A stretch of DNA of 62,932 bases, filler included, from Octopus bimaculoides (taxonomy: Eukaryota): NCBI RefSeq assembly GCF_001194135.2. It is 8 parts of 8 records of this genome, joined end to end, with 100 filler letters (N's around TTAATTAATTAA, not from the genome) between each part and the next. Parts side by side here need not be neighbours in the genome. Positions count along the whole stretch, not along the records: positions 22,688 to 36,211 come from NC_068983.1; positions 36,312 to 41,735 come from NC_068988.1; 6 more parts are not named here. One strand, 5' to 3'. A program made the position numbers and the translations under genes. The notes under the pieces were generated by a model, which was not told the origin of the DNA, searched no databases, and saw only the letters and a list, made by a program, of their open reading frames with translations. Shown piece by piece: positions 24,799-37,833 of the stretch; the first letter of the stretch is position 1; each line of letters begins with the position of its first letter.

Positions 24799-24836
<38 letters not shown>

Positions 24837-25099
24837 ATGTGGTGTATGTGTGTTGTTGTTGTTGTTGAGTGTGTATGTATGTGCATTTATATGATGCAAA
24901 TATAAGCGTATATATGCATGCATATTATATATAGATAGATTTAACAGACATATGCAAGTGTACGTGAATATGCATGGCGTGTATATGTATGTATGTATAT
25001 ACGTATATATATATTTCGAAGGGTTATTTGAAGACGCTTCATCATCACTATATTACTCTCTTTTACCCATGGCAAATAAAATGCTAGCGCAAGAAACGA

Positions 25100-26180
25100 A
25101 AACACTTGCAGTCATTGTTGCCATATGTACGGAATACAGTTATGTATAAATTGCCAACTTTTAAATGCTGTGAAACCGTTAGTGCACAAGATCTCATGGA
25201 ACTGGATCCTCTGACGGGAATGTTTCAACTGTATCAGAGAAGGGAAAAGCATTTTAAACATTCGTGCACTGTAATGGTACCACTGCAATTCATGGTTCAA
25301 AGCATATCGATGATGATCCAAGAAAATCAATGTCTGCTATTGCCAATAAACTTTAAAAATTGCGTTTCGCGAGAACATACGATATAAGTTATGTGCTAGG
25401 GAGAAACTATTTCGAGTCTGTGAAGACAGTGGAAAATCGTTTGACCGTGCTAAGTGGTTACTTTAGTTTTAAACTCTCACTTATATGGCATGCTTTGATG
25501 TTCTGATGAGCAAAACTTCGACAAAGACCAAAAGTCTAAGAGGAGAAATGACAAATGGTTATTTGTAATCCCTTGAAATATCTCCATAGTGAAGTGTACT
25601 AAGTATCCCGAAACTGTAATAATTTTATGAATGGTTCCAACTAAGATCTTTCTGCAGCATAGCGCCTTAGGGTTAATTCTACGTGTTAAGGTATGTGTTA
25701 AGGTTCAGAATAGTCATTAAACTCTTGATGAAGGAAGCACGATGTGGAAAGCCATACAAATTTCAACAATGAACCGCACCTTTTCACAAATCCCATGTAG
25801 ATTTAAAATGCATATCAGACAATATTTACGATCATAGAATACCAAATTTGTGGCATCCAAATTCGCTACATTAAAATCCTATGGACTACCACGGTTCTTG
25901 TGTTGTTGGAAGTTAAAACAATCGACATCCTCACAATACCATAGTTTCACAGAACGTCGCTATTTTTCATATGATGTCCAAAATGAACAACAACCATTTT
26001 GAGTAGGTCATGCCAACAATTCCAGTCCCATATTGAAGCACTCATCGAAGCTGAAGTTAGATTCGTATAAGTAAATGTATTTATTTCACAAGTTATCTTT
26101 ACGATCACGGCCGTAATCCTACGGGTAACAAGTGGTTAAATAAATATATTCACCTCTCATAATTCCAGAAATTTTATTGT
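25100..26180 (+). mobile_element. Decayed Tc1/mariner-superfamily transposase (possibly maT/DD37D-like)
   Basis: Fragments HIDDDPRKSMSAIANKL (HTH), WHPNSLH*NPMDYHGSCVV (similar to WPPNSPDLNPLDY), NNRHPHNTI..MMSKMN and SCQQFQSHIEALIEAE, with many stops and frameshifts. Confidence 0.8.
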
Positions 26181-26719
26181 TTTTATTCTCGTGAAATTAT
26201 TTCATCGATATAATCTCCTGGATTTTAGCTGCAGAAAACTTTGCATTACTCCTCTGTATTGGATTACTATGTGATCTGCTAGCAGGATCCACTTGAGCAG
26301 CTTTCCATGATAATCACATATGATTTTACGAATCCACACACACACACACACACACAATAAACCTCAAATCTTTAGATTATCCAACAAATAAAACAAACAA
26401 GCAAACAAATGTACAAATAATCAAAGAAATAATGCAATACATAATTTAAAAAAAACACAAAAACAAAAACAAAAACAATAAAGCACAACAAAAAGCAAAA
26501 ACAAAGAAACTTCCCAGTCCCAGACAACAAACCAAAAATTGCATAAAAACAACAATAATTGTATATTCAACAACAAACATAACAAAACAAAAGAGGAATA
26601 TATGGAGAAAGGCAAAGGGGGAGAAGGGAGTGGAGATGCAGAGGAAAGCCTGATGGAAGTAGGGGAGGGAGGAAGAGAAAGGAGAAGAAGGAGACTGTGG
26701 TAAATAACTGGCACTTCGT

Positions 26720-27045
26720 CGGTTACGACGATGAGTCTTCCGGTTGAAGACCAGCAATGGAACAGTCTGCTCGTGAAATTAACGTGCAGTGGCTGAGTGC
26801 TCCGCAGACACGTTTACACGTAATGTAGTTCTCAGGGAGATTCAGTGTGACACACAATGTGACAAGGCTGGTCCCTTTTGAATTACAGGTACAACTCATT
26901 TTTGTCAGCTGAGTGGAGTGGAGCAATTTGAAATAAAAGTGTCTTGCCCAAGAACACAACGCGCCGTCTGGAATCGAACTCATGACCCTACAATCATGAG
27001 CCGGATACCCTAACCACTAAGCCATGTGTCTTCATAAAAGAATTC
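26720..27045 (-). mobile_element. SINE family C-related copy
   Basis: Reverse complement of the tRNA-like head (GGCTTAGTGGTTAGGG) and family-C body. Confidence 0.75.
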
Positions 27046-27185
27046 TGGCATGCGGGACAGAGCTCAAGGTAATTTTGTACCAAGCGGTTTCACTCTGCGT
27101 ACATTTTAGCTCCGTTACTATAGCAACAGATCCAATACTTTTTGATCAGATTGCGTATGTAACGGGTTTACAATTGCTAAGTAAT

Positions 27186-27271
<86 letters not shown>

Positions 27272-28026
27272 TACTGACCTGGTTGTGGCTAAAGGAATAG
27301 TATGGCGAACAAATTCTTACCAAACTAGACCTAATCAAGTATTTCTCCAGCGCCAAAACTAATGCTATGACGGTAAAATTCTTTGGGAGGGAGGTATTAA
27401 TCAACCCCGGGGCGACAGTAGCAGATACTTGCCCGGGGGTGCCACACTGTGGGGTTGAACTCAAGACCGCATGGTTGGGAAGCAAGCTTTTTAACCAGAC
27501 AACCATATTTAAAAACAAAAAAAACAAACAAACAAAAACAAACAACAAAAACAAACAAACAAACCAACAACAACTAAACATTCTTTCATATTTCGTAGCT
27601 ATTTCTATAAGTTTCCACTTAATTCCTTCCGGGATATTTTTGTAGACTTCCATAAGATATTTTGCTGTAATAATTTTTATAATTACGAGAGTTTTGCCTC
27701 TCCGTATTCGTGATAAATATAACTGCTTGTGTCAGATCTTCCATAGTTTATTGTTAAGTGCAGTCATTATTTTTCTTGTTTTCCTGTCTAGTCTTGCTAA
27801 TTCGCTCTGTGTTCACTTGAAAATTTTATAACGATAACCGATCACTAAAACAACTCGGGTATTGATCACCACTACCACCACCACCACCACCACCANNNNN
27901 NNNNNNNNNNNNNNNNNNNNNNNNNNNNNNNNNNNNNNNNNNNNNNNNNNNNNNNNNNNNNNNNNNNNNNNNNNNNNNNNNNNNNNNNNNNNNNNNNNNN
28001 NNNNNNNNNNNNNNNNNNNNTTATAT

Positions 28027-28445
28027 ATAGGCGTAGGAGTGGCTGTGTGGTAAGTAGCTTGCTTACAAACCACACGGTTCCGGGTTCAGTCCTACTGCGT
28101 GGCACCTTGGGAAAGTATCTTCTACTATAGCCTTGGGCCGACCAAAGTCTTGTGAGTGGATTTGGTAGACGGAAACTGAAAGAAGCCCATCGTATATATG
28201 TATATATACATATATATATGTATGTGTGTTTGTGTGTCTGTGTTTGTCCCCCACGACATCGCTTGACAACCGATGCTGGTGTGTTTATGTCCGCGTAACT
28301 TAGCCGTTCGGCAAAAAGAGACCGATAGAATAAGTACTAGGCTTCCAAAGAATAAGTCCCGGGGTCGATTTGCTCGACTAAAGGTGGTGCTCCAGCATGG
28401 CCACAGTCAAATGACTGAAACAAGTAAAAGAGTAAAAGAAAAAGA
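28027..28445 (+). mobile_element. Near-complete SINE family A: tRNA head, internal (TA/TG)n, CR1-type tail
   Basis: GGCGTAGGAGTGGCTGTGTGGTAAG...GGTTCCGGGTTCAGTCC...AAGCCCATCGTATAT, microsatellite, then GTTTGTCCCCCACGACATCGC...CTCCAGCATGGCCACAGTCAAATGACTGAAACAAGTAAAAGA. Confidence 0.9.
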
Positions 28446-31400
28446 GTAAAGTATAATGAACGTCAAAGTCATCTATAATAAAAAGAATATTAATATTATA
28501 ATCATTTTCTGAATCACTTTCACTCGCACTAGACTCGCGCACACCATCACTTGTAGACGCGATCGCCGATTCACAAGCACTCGTAGACGGACTCGTAGAT
28601 TTTTTTAAAAAACAGACCTAGAGTTGTTGGCTTAAACTTTTGCACTTTGTTCAGAATTTGGATCTTGTGCTTCAAAAATAAAACTCGTAGTCCTGGACGT
28701 CTCGCAAAGCGGTTCATCGTAAAGTGAGACATTATTGTACATACGTATATACAGGAGGACTGATCTAGTGATTGAACTCGCGTCCACTCGACTGCTGAAC
28801 GACTCTACTTAACACCTCCGCAACGCTTCCGTTCGCCAACACTTTGTCTCGGTGGATGCTGTGAAATTTAAGAACTAAGTTGAGGGCACTAATCCGAAAA
28901 TATCCATGGATTATAAAGCGATGATAATTCGTCATCTCAGGGCATATTTATATGTGCGTGTGTGCGCTTGTGTATATATGTATATGTATGTGTGTGTGTG
29001 CGTGAGTGTGTGTATGTGTATATATGTATATGTATGTGCGTGCTTGAGTGTGTGTATGCGTATATATACATGTATGTGTATGTGTGCGTGAGTGTGTGTG
29101 TGTGCGTGTGCGCACGCACGCATGTGTGTGTGTGTGTGTGTACTATATAAATATATATGTATCTGCATACATACATACATATATATATATATATAAACAT
29201 ATATATATATATACGTACATATATATACGTACATATATATACATATATATATGTATGTGTGTGTGTGCGTGTATATATACATGAACATAGGTGCATATAC
29301 ATATATATTACATGGATATATAAATGAAGTATACTGATTACCTTAACTAGTATGTCATACAACTGTCACATCCAATATCGTTTTTATATCATCTTCGTTG
29401 TTACAAATATTTCCCCTTACGTTATATAATGCATATCACATACATACGCACATACAGACAGCGTGGCAGACATAGTCAGGCATATTCATACATAGTTTAA
29501 GTAAACACATGTATGTGTTTACCAAAAATATGCGAACATGGTACACTCGCACATATGCATGTAACATAATGCTAAATTATATCGTCTGTAGAAACACATG
29601 TGTATTTATATGTAAATACTTGGGTGGTATGGTTTATTACTATTATTTTTTTCCCCTTTTTTGTGCTCATAATTAGTTTAAATGATTTGCCCCCACCAAC
29701 TCACCCATAGCATGATTCCTTCCTAGGCGAGTAACGATTTGTTTTTATTTACTCCGAAGTTAAAGCTGATTTAGCAGTCCTCTGGTAAATGGGTTTGCAA
29801 CTTCCTCTATTACGTCTGCTTACAATTTTTCAAATATAGTATACCGTAGACTATATGAACTATATTATTATGCAGCAGTTTTCGTTTCTGAAGAGAGTAG
29901 TGTGCAACATAAGGGAGAATGCTTGCCATTTCTGGTAGGTTAAATATCCATGTAGAATCTCTGATATTGGTTAAAGATTAAAAAGGCGACACATATGATG
30001 TTCAATTGAAGTAGTAGACTACCAAGCTAGGTGGGTATTAAGTTTGAATAAGGCCTGATACAGGTTAGCAAGGTTTGCTCTTTTTTCCTTCTTGAAAGGC
30101 TCATACCCGATCGTGACATTTACCAAATAAAAAGGATGCAATCTGTACTGTAATTCATACTCTTCATCGAAGTTGTTTGGTTTGAACTGTTGGCGTGTCA
30201 AACATGATGTGAACTGCGACAATCTGTCCAACTTGTGCAAGTATGGAAAAATCGGATGTACAATGTCGACGATGAGGATGATGATAACGATATTGTTGCA
30301 GATGTATTTTTCTGGGGTGAATGGATAAAGAAGTAACAAATATTTGCATATTTATTCTTAAGAAATGTTTCATACTAGAGACTAGAGGATGAGATATCGG
30401 CGGTGTAATGAGTACGCATTCAATGAGTTTGGTAGTGAGTGGACAAAGCTAAGTCAAATATCTATAGAGTGTCGTTCGTTTTATTGAAGTTGACTGTTGA
30501 TCCCAAGTTGGTCCATTATACAGCAGAGATATGTTCGAAAGAAAACAAACCATGACTAATCCGTCCGTTTTCGGAAATATTGCAACCAGAACTATACTTA
30601 TAAACTCTCTCCTTGCTTAAAAGCTGGTGACTTTAATTTAAAATGATTTGACTAGTTTCTATAAAATCAGAAGGCCGCGCTTCAGTGCCTGCTTTTGGCA
30701 GACAAAAAAACATGTATAGTTTTAGTGGTTGACTTCTTTGGGTTAATGAATATTCATTTCCTTGATACCACCTCCACCCCGAAACTACCAGCCCGCCATG
30801 CACACTTTTTTCATGTGCAGATTGTTTGGGTATGAGATAATCTTATTCTCCTGGACACGTGATATGTGAGCAAGACTGACAGTAAATTCGTTGCATTTGA
30901 TTTATTGCGGGTGATTACATCGGGGCAAATACATCTCCTTTAATTTAATTGACTGGTAAAATTCATCGCAAGTTAATTCTATCGATAGGAAATACATCAT
31001 CGATTAATACCCAATCAATATATCGTCAGTTAATATATCATTGGAGGTTTTATTCGCAGAGTTGTTATGTCGCATTAAAAAGATTTTAATTTAAATAAAA
31101 AAAAAGTAAAAATTGTCAAGAAAGTTTTGTTTTAACTACAAGAAATGGAAATAAGATAATTACGAACAGCACGCAGCCCAATATTAATCTCCTTGCAAAA
31201 TAGACGTTCATCACTTTTCTTTACTCTGACAACAAATGACCACTAGTTTATTTCGTTCACTTATCACATACTAGACCCGTAATTTTGATGGTTTCATATT
31301 TCTAAACTATTAAATTGTTGGACAAAATATATCGATCATCACCGAAATCGTTATAACTGGTTAACTAAACAAATTCTGTCATAAACAGCAAATAAATAAA

Positions 31401-31871
31401 TAAACTGGTAAAGAATTTACTGACGGCATATTAATTCGTTATGCAATTCATCGTATGATTTACCAATGAATGAAATGACACACCATTCATGTGGCGCAGT
31501 GTATTTACTCACCATTAATTCAAAACAAATCTGTGAGCTGTAAACTATTTAATGTGTGATATATGTCTGCTCTATAAAACATCGGTAATTTCTTATGGCT
31601 GAAGTATTTTTAGGTTTGAATAGGAAACACAATCTTTGGGATAAAGACTTGACCATTTAAGAAAATGCATAGCTGCCATGAGAGGTTACTAACGAGTTTG
31701 AGGATCAACATTTGTAGAATGTGCTTGAATTTGGTTGTGTTGTGCAAGTTAGACAGTGTGTGGTATGTAGTGTGCAATAGCATATGCATTGCTTCATATA
31801 TTTTCTGATGATCTTTTCATGCTGCTGGAAAAGTGTACGTTGTCATATTTGTTTCGATATTTTTCTGAAAT

Positions 31872-32534
31872 GAGCTGGCAGAATCGTTTGCACGCCGGGC
31901 GAATTGCTTAGCGATATTCCAAATTCCACCGAGGTCGATTTTGTCTTTCATCTTTTCGGGGTCGATTAAATAAGTATCAGTTTCGCACTGGGTTCGATGT
32001 AATCGACTTAATCCCTTTGTTTGTCCTTGTTTGTCCCCTCTATGTTTAGCCCCCTGTCGGCAATAAAGAAATAAATATTTTACTGAAGTAAGGCGTGGAG
32101 CTTTCAGAAACGTTAGCACGCCGGGCGAAATGCTTTGCGATAGTTCGTCTGTCTTTGCGTTCTGAGTTCAAATTCCGCTGAGGTCGACTTTGCCTTTCAT
32201 CCTTTCGGGGTCGATAAATTAAGTACCAGTTGCGTACTGGGTCGATCTAATCGACTGACACCTCCCCCAACATTTCGGGCCTTGTGCCTGGAGAAGAAAA
32301 TATTATTTTACTGAAATGAGGCGGCGAGCTGGCTGAAACGTTAGCACGCCGGGTGAAATGCTTTGCGGTATTTCGTCTATTTTTACGTTCTGAGTTCAAA
32401 TTCTGCCGAGCTCGACTTTGTCTTTCATCTTTTCGGGATCGATAAATTAAATACCAGTTGCGTACTGGGGTCGATCTAATCGACTGGTCCTCTTCCCCCA
32501 AATTTAGGGCCTTGTGCCTAGAGTAGAAAAGAAC
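31872..32534 (+). mobile_element. Three tandem copies of SINE family D (GAGCTGGCAGAATCGTTAGCACGCCGGGCGAAATGCTTAGC type)
   Basis: Copies at ~31872-32075, 32091-32300 and 32319-32534, each with TTCTGAGTTCAAATTCC (first copy truncated) and GGGGTCGAT. Bracketed by four ATTTT(A/T)CTGAA motifs. Confidence 0.9.
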
Positions 32535-34564
32535 ATTTTACTGAAGTTTACGTTCATAGTAATAGATTATCACATGCAAGCACTCTCTGCCACATATCTT
32601 TTTGGCATATGAATATAATACAACTCTTCAGACTAAATATGTCTTGGTTTTATCTTAAAAGAAGAAAATTATAATCGCTTGCATGAAGTTCAAAGGGAAT
32701 GCTTTCTGAATGGATGTGTATGCATGCATATATGTGTGTGTGTATGTATGTTTGTGTGTGTGCATTTATGAATACACACACACGCATATCTGTGTGTGTA
32801 TGTGTGTGTGTGTGCATGTGTGTGTGTGTGCCTTGCATGCACAATAATCTGTGTGTTAAAGGGGAAAGAGAAAAGATTAAAAAGGAAAGAGAGAAAGACA
32901 GAGATAGACAGACAGTTCTGTCCTGTACAATATTTGTTACAAAGATATGAAAGGTACCTCTTACTAATTTATGCTTAAGAGGTACGTATCTAGAATATGG
33001 CCATCATATTTATCGTAGATTGACATTGTAGGATCTTTTCTTTCTGATGTCTTCTATTTTTTTTTCTATATATGCTTTTGCTGAATGAGTTTGTGGCTCT
33101 TAAAATTGCTAGCATTGGTCTCCTCACAGAAGCGCAATGGATTAGTCGATTTCTTAGAACATCAGACAAAATGCCATACGATATTTTTTCTGGTTCTTAG
33201 CGCTCTGCATTCAAATCCTGCTGAGGTCAAATTTGCAATAATTTATCTTGTGCCGAAATGTGAAACAACAGTTACAACACAGAATTTCTATTAATCATAT
33301 AAACGTATTTGTGACAGCTACTTTAATTATTTTCACTTTAAATTGATCTTAAAACATTTCTAATTGCGTTTTGAATACTGTTTAGTCCTTTAACGTATTT
33401 CTTTTAATCATAATCTTTATTTGTTTCAATTTCGCTTCAACAATATCGCCTTTCTGCGTCTGGATTTCTTGTTCCTCTTCTCTTTGTATTCATGTTTTAT
33501 TGTTTGGGCAAGTAATTTTAAACATTTATTTAATTAGCTTAATGCTAATAACTTTAATGAGAAGAAAAAATGATATCAAGTTACCATATATTTTGCCATA
33601 CAGAGAAACGTTTCTGTTTCCTTTTAAGGTATAAATACATTTAAAGAATGGTACACTTTATTAAATGTCTTCGTGTAAATTTCTTCGTGTAAAGCAGAAG
33701 CCGATACATCAGTGGCCTCTAGTTGTTGATTTTGTTGACGTTACGCAACTCTCTTATGAAAGGACGTGTTCTCTCCATGACCAACTTTAACTAATGATTC
33801 TGTTCGATGTGGTTGGTAGGGTATAACTTGAGAGTGATATGCTATTTTTTCTACCCAGGCGAGTGGTAATATAGTGGATTCCCCTTCTTTAATGTAACTA
33901 TCCATTTGGTGATTTTAGTGGCCACCAAAATATTTAAATTGGGAATTTAATTAAAATAACATCTACAATATCATTCATTTTAAAATGAAATATGTTTACG
34001 ATTTCTTTTGTATTTCCATTATAATTACACCCAGACCATGTGTCTTTCTTAACGGCAACCAATTTGATTGAAATATAGAGTAATTTTTAATATGTATCTA
34101 TTTTTAATGATCTCGTGCAGAAAAAGGAACTGCATTCATTGTTTCGCAGGTTTTCAAAAACCGGTGAAACCGATGCAGGTGATGTTTAATTTCAACAACA
34201 TGCAATGGAATGCAAAAGAAAATCATGAAAATAGAAAAGTTTAAGTAGAAAATTGAAAAATTGTTTAGTAAAGAAAATTTTATTCCTACTTGAATCATAG
34301 GTTTTAAATATTATGAGGTGAGTTCACTTTCTTACTATATCATGTAATTCTTTATGGGTTTCGAAATAGGTTATAATGAAACGGAGCGGATCAAGTGAGA
34401 TGCAATGATTTTCTGAGGACGTGTAAGTGCATTATCTAAAAATTAGCATTTCACTATTAAAATACTGAATTTTAAGATACATTCTTAATTTACATTTAGC
34501 TTTTCAATAAAAGATTCCACTCTGAAAGAGGTAATATATCTTTCATCGCTTATTATCCGTTTTA

Positions 34565-34705
34565 CAGGCTAGCTGTGTGGTAAGAAGTTTGCTTCCCAGC
34601 CATATGGTTTCTGGTTCATTCCCGCTGCGGGGCACTTTGAGAAAGTGTATTTTATCCTTGTGATTAGACTTCGTAGACGGAAACTGAAAACATCTTTCCG
34701 TATAT
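34565..34705 (+). mobile_element. SINE family A, left half
   Basis: GCTAGCTGTGTGGTAAGAAGTTTGCTTCCCAGCC...GTAGACGGAAACTGAAA. Confidence 0.75.
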
Positions 34706-34714
34706 ATAAATATA

Positions 34715-34892
34715 TGAGAAAAACAAAGAACAAAAACAAAAAAATCAACAACGTGAGGACGTGGTACATGTAAAGTATTAGTAAATGCTCAGGAATGGAA
34801 AGAAACGTGGTTTTACATTTCGAGCAAAGCTCTTCTTCAGAAAAAGGAGACAGAAGAAGGTCCAATAGAAAAGGAAGACGGAGGAAAATATG

Positions 34893-34900
<8 letters not shown>
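34715..34900 (-). mobile_element. Penelope-like terminal fragment with hammerhead-like motif at 34811-34843
   Basis: Minus strand TTTTT-CTGAAGA-A-GAGCTTTGCTC-GAAA-TGTA-AAACC. Confidence 0.55.
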
Positions 34901-34930
<30 letters not shown>

Positions 34931-36172
34931 GAGAGAGGGAAAGAGAGAGAGCGGCAGTTATGCGTATATACAAATTAAATATATGTAAGTACACACGTAA
35001 ACAGAAGGAAAGCAGACGCTGAAGATTTCAGATGATGAACATTTATGTATAAATATATAGATATTTAGATATTAATAAATCAAACGTACACAGAGCACTA
35101 ACGACGGAGAACATTACAGGGGAGGAGATAAGGTGTTATATGTCCAACAGCTGTTTCTGGGGTCTGGGAGATCCATCATAATATTGGTAGATGTAGTTTA
35201 CCAAAATATGCAGGCCATTTTGGAAGCAAATAAACATTGTATAAGATATAACACTCCAGATCATAATTCAGACAAGTTTAATGGTATATGTATACATACA
35301 TACATACATACATATATATACATACACACACACACACACACACACANNNNNNNNNNNNNNNNNNNNNNNNNNNNNNNNNNNNNNNNNNNNNNNNNNNNNN
35401 NNNNNNNNNNNNNNNNNNNNNNNNNNNNNNNNNNNNNNNNNNNNNNNNNNNNNNNNNNNNNNNNNNNNNNNNNNNNNNNNNNNNNNNNNNNNNNNNNNNN
35501 NNNATGTGGTACTTAAAATGTTTGAGGCACCAGAATTTGGTAGGGTAAAAACCAAAAACAAAATCAAGAGATTTGGTGAATAAAATTTGAAGAAAAGCAA
35601 CAAAGATTCATTAGGTTATAGCAGTACGTACGTTTCGTACAAATTTCATTTATTTATGTAGTGAGAACACCACATAAGATGTGCAATGAAAATGTACTCC
35701 TCAGCTGCATAATGGAAGTTCATTTTAGAAAGTCATTTTGTAGATGTGTGCAAATACAAGAGTAGGAGATGAAGAAAATACCATCATGACTGGGCTGTTA
35801 ATCAACAGTCTAGTGAATCAAACATGAATTTAATTTCTATATTTCTTCTTATCCATCCCCTCACCTCTCTCTCTCTCATTCCATCTCTTTTTGCCCCTCC
35901 TCTCGCTGTACATCTTCAAATTTCGACTGAATCTTTAATTAGCATGGAATTCTTTTTTTTTCTTAGATTATTAATATTTCTTTATTAAATCCATTCAATA
36001 TTGTTATTAAATACTCACATACACATACGCACGCACATATACACAGATCTATATAAACAGTATATATCTACACATATATATATATACTTGTATATATGTC
36101 CATGAATATGTATATATATATATAAATACACACACATACACGCGTGCGCACGCTCACAGACACATATATGTA

Positions 36173-36211
<39 letters not shown>

Positions 36212-36401
36212 NNNNNNNNNNNNNNNNNNNNNNNNNNNNNNNNNNNNNNNNNNNNTTAATTAATTAANNNNNNNNNNNNNNNNNNNNNNNNNNNNNNNNN
36301 NNNNNNNNNNNATATACACATATAGATAGATAAAGAAAGAGATAAAATGAAAAAACACAGATTTGTTTCCCCACTAAAATATTTTCTACCTCAAATATAT
36401 G

Positions 36402-36450
<49 letters not shown>

Positions 36451-36521
36451 GTGTGTGTGTGTACATGTGTGTTTGTATATTATATGAGGTAGTTTTGGTG
36501 AAGCATTGTGAGGTATAATTT

Positions 36522-36755
36522 TAAAGAATGTAGATATGTAAGGCTGGAACAATGTGAGAAAGTAGTAAGTAAACTACAAAATGAAAAGAAAACAGAACAA
36601 TGTTGTAGTTTTACCTTGTATTTCTATATTTCAGGGTGAAAACCCCTTCTTCAGGACGAAATACAAGATAAAACTGCAACTTTGCTTTCTTTTCATTTTG
36701 TAGTTTCCTTTGTACCTTCTCGAATTGTTCTAGCTTTACACATCTACAGTCTTTA
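36522..36755 (-). repeat. ~230-bp imperfect fold-back whose apical region is a hammerhead-like core
   Basis: Arms TAAAGAATGTAGATATGTAAGGCTGGAACAAT...TTGTAGTTTTACCTTGTATTTC and the reverse-complement match ending CATCTACAGTCTTTA. Apex on minus strand CTGAAGA-A-GGGGTTTTCACCCT-GAAA-TATA. Confidence 0.85.
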
Positions 36756-37742
36756 ATATATAAGTCATCTTAGGTTATTTCATTTTAATTATAGTGTTGA
36801 TGTTGAAAACTCAAAACAATGCTGTATAAATTTTTAAGTGAAAGGGAAACAAAATAGTTAAATATAATACATGGCGGTTATCTTTCTTCAAGGAGAGAAA
36901 TATAATAGGGATGGAAAAGAAAATTGGTGTATGAAAGAAAAACCATATTGGTAAATGATAACAGGGGGAAGTTAGGAAAGGAAAGAGTAAAGAAAAACTG
37001 AGTAGCAATTTCTTGTGTCTATGCATTTTATGGTGTTCTTGTCAGATGAAGGTAGTATTTTCCAGATGTGTAATAGGTACTGTGAAAGTATCTGGTCCTC
37101 AAAATCCTTAAAAATTAAGACCTCTCTTTGCATACCAGATCAGAGGTGTTTGGGATATACAGACACTTTGAAAAGTGCCTATTGTGCAACTGTAAAGAAT
37201 CACTTTTATCTAACAAAACAACACATATGCATAGGTAACTGATAATGCTTCATCTAAAACTCCCTTTGATCTTTACTCTTCCAACATTCCTCCTTTTATC
37301 CTTTACCATATTATTATTCCTTCATGCATCTATTTCCCCCTTTTTCATACCCCTATTAAATCCTATGTCTTATGATGGGTGTCAACTTCTGTTAATTACA
37401 TTCAATTATTTTTCACCCCAAACGTTTTTCCTCTCCTAAGGCTTCAATACCTCAAATAAAAAGGAATAACTTAACATTTCCTTTGGGTGAGTTATTCACC
37501 TTGATGAAAGCATAAATATGAACGAAAAAGGAATTTTTTAAATACTTAGATATTTTTTGGTAGAAGTAAACAAAACCTGAAGGTTAAAAGCATGAAACTA
37601 ATGGTAGCCTATGCAACGAGTTTACCTGTATTACTTTATAAACATAAGTATACTACTCTACATCTTTGTTCTGAGGTTATATATATTTTTTACATTTTTC
37701 ATATTATCAAGAATGATATATATACATATGCATACACATATT

Positions 37743-37784
<42 letters not shown>

Positions 37785-37833
37785 TATATATACATATATA
37801 TATGTATATACATATATATACTACGTTTGTATA

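Noticed and set aside
28472-28730. Possible Helitron-like element starting TCTATAATAAAA
   Set aside because: Only a weak 5' resemblance; no 3' hairpin plus CTRR end and no second copy in the window.
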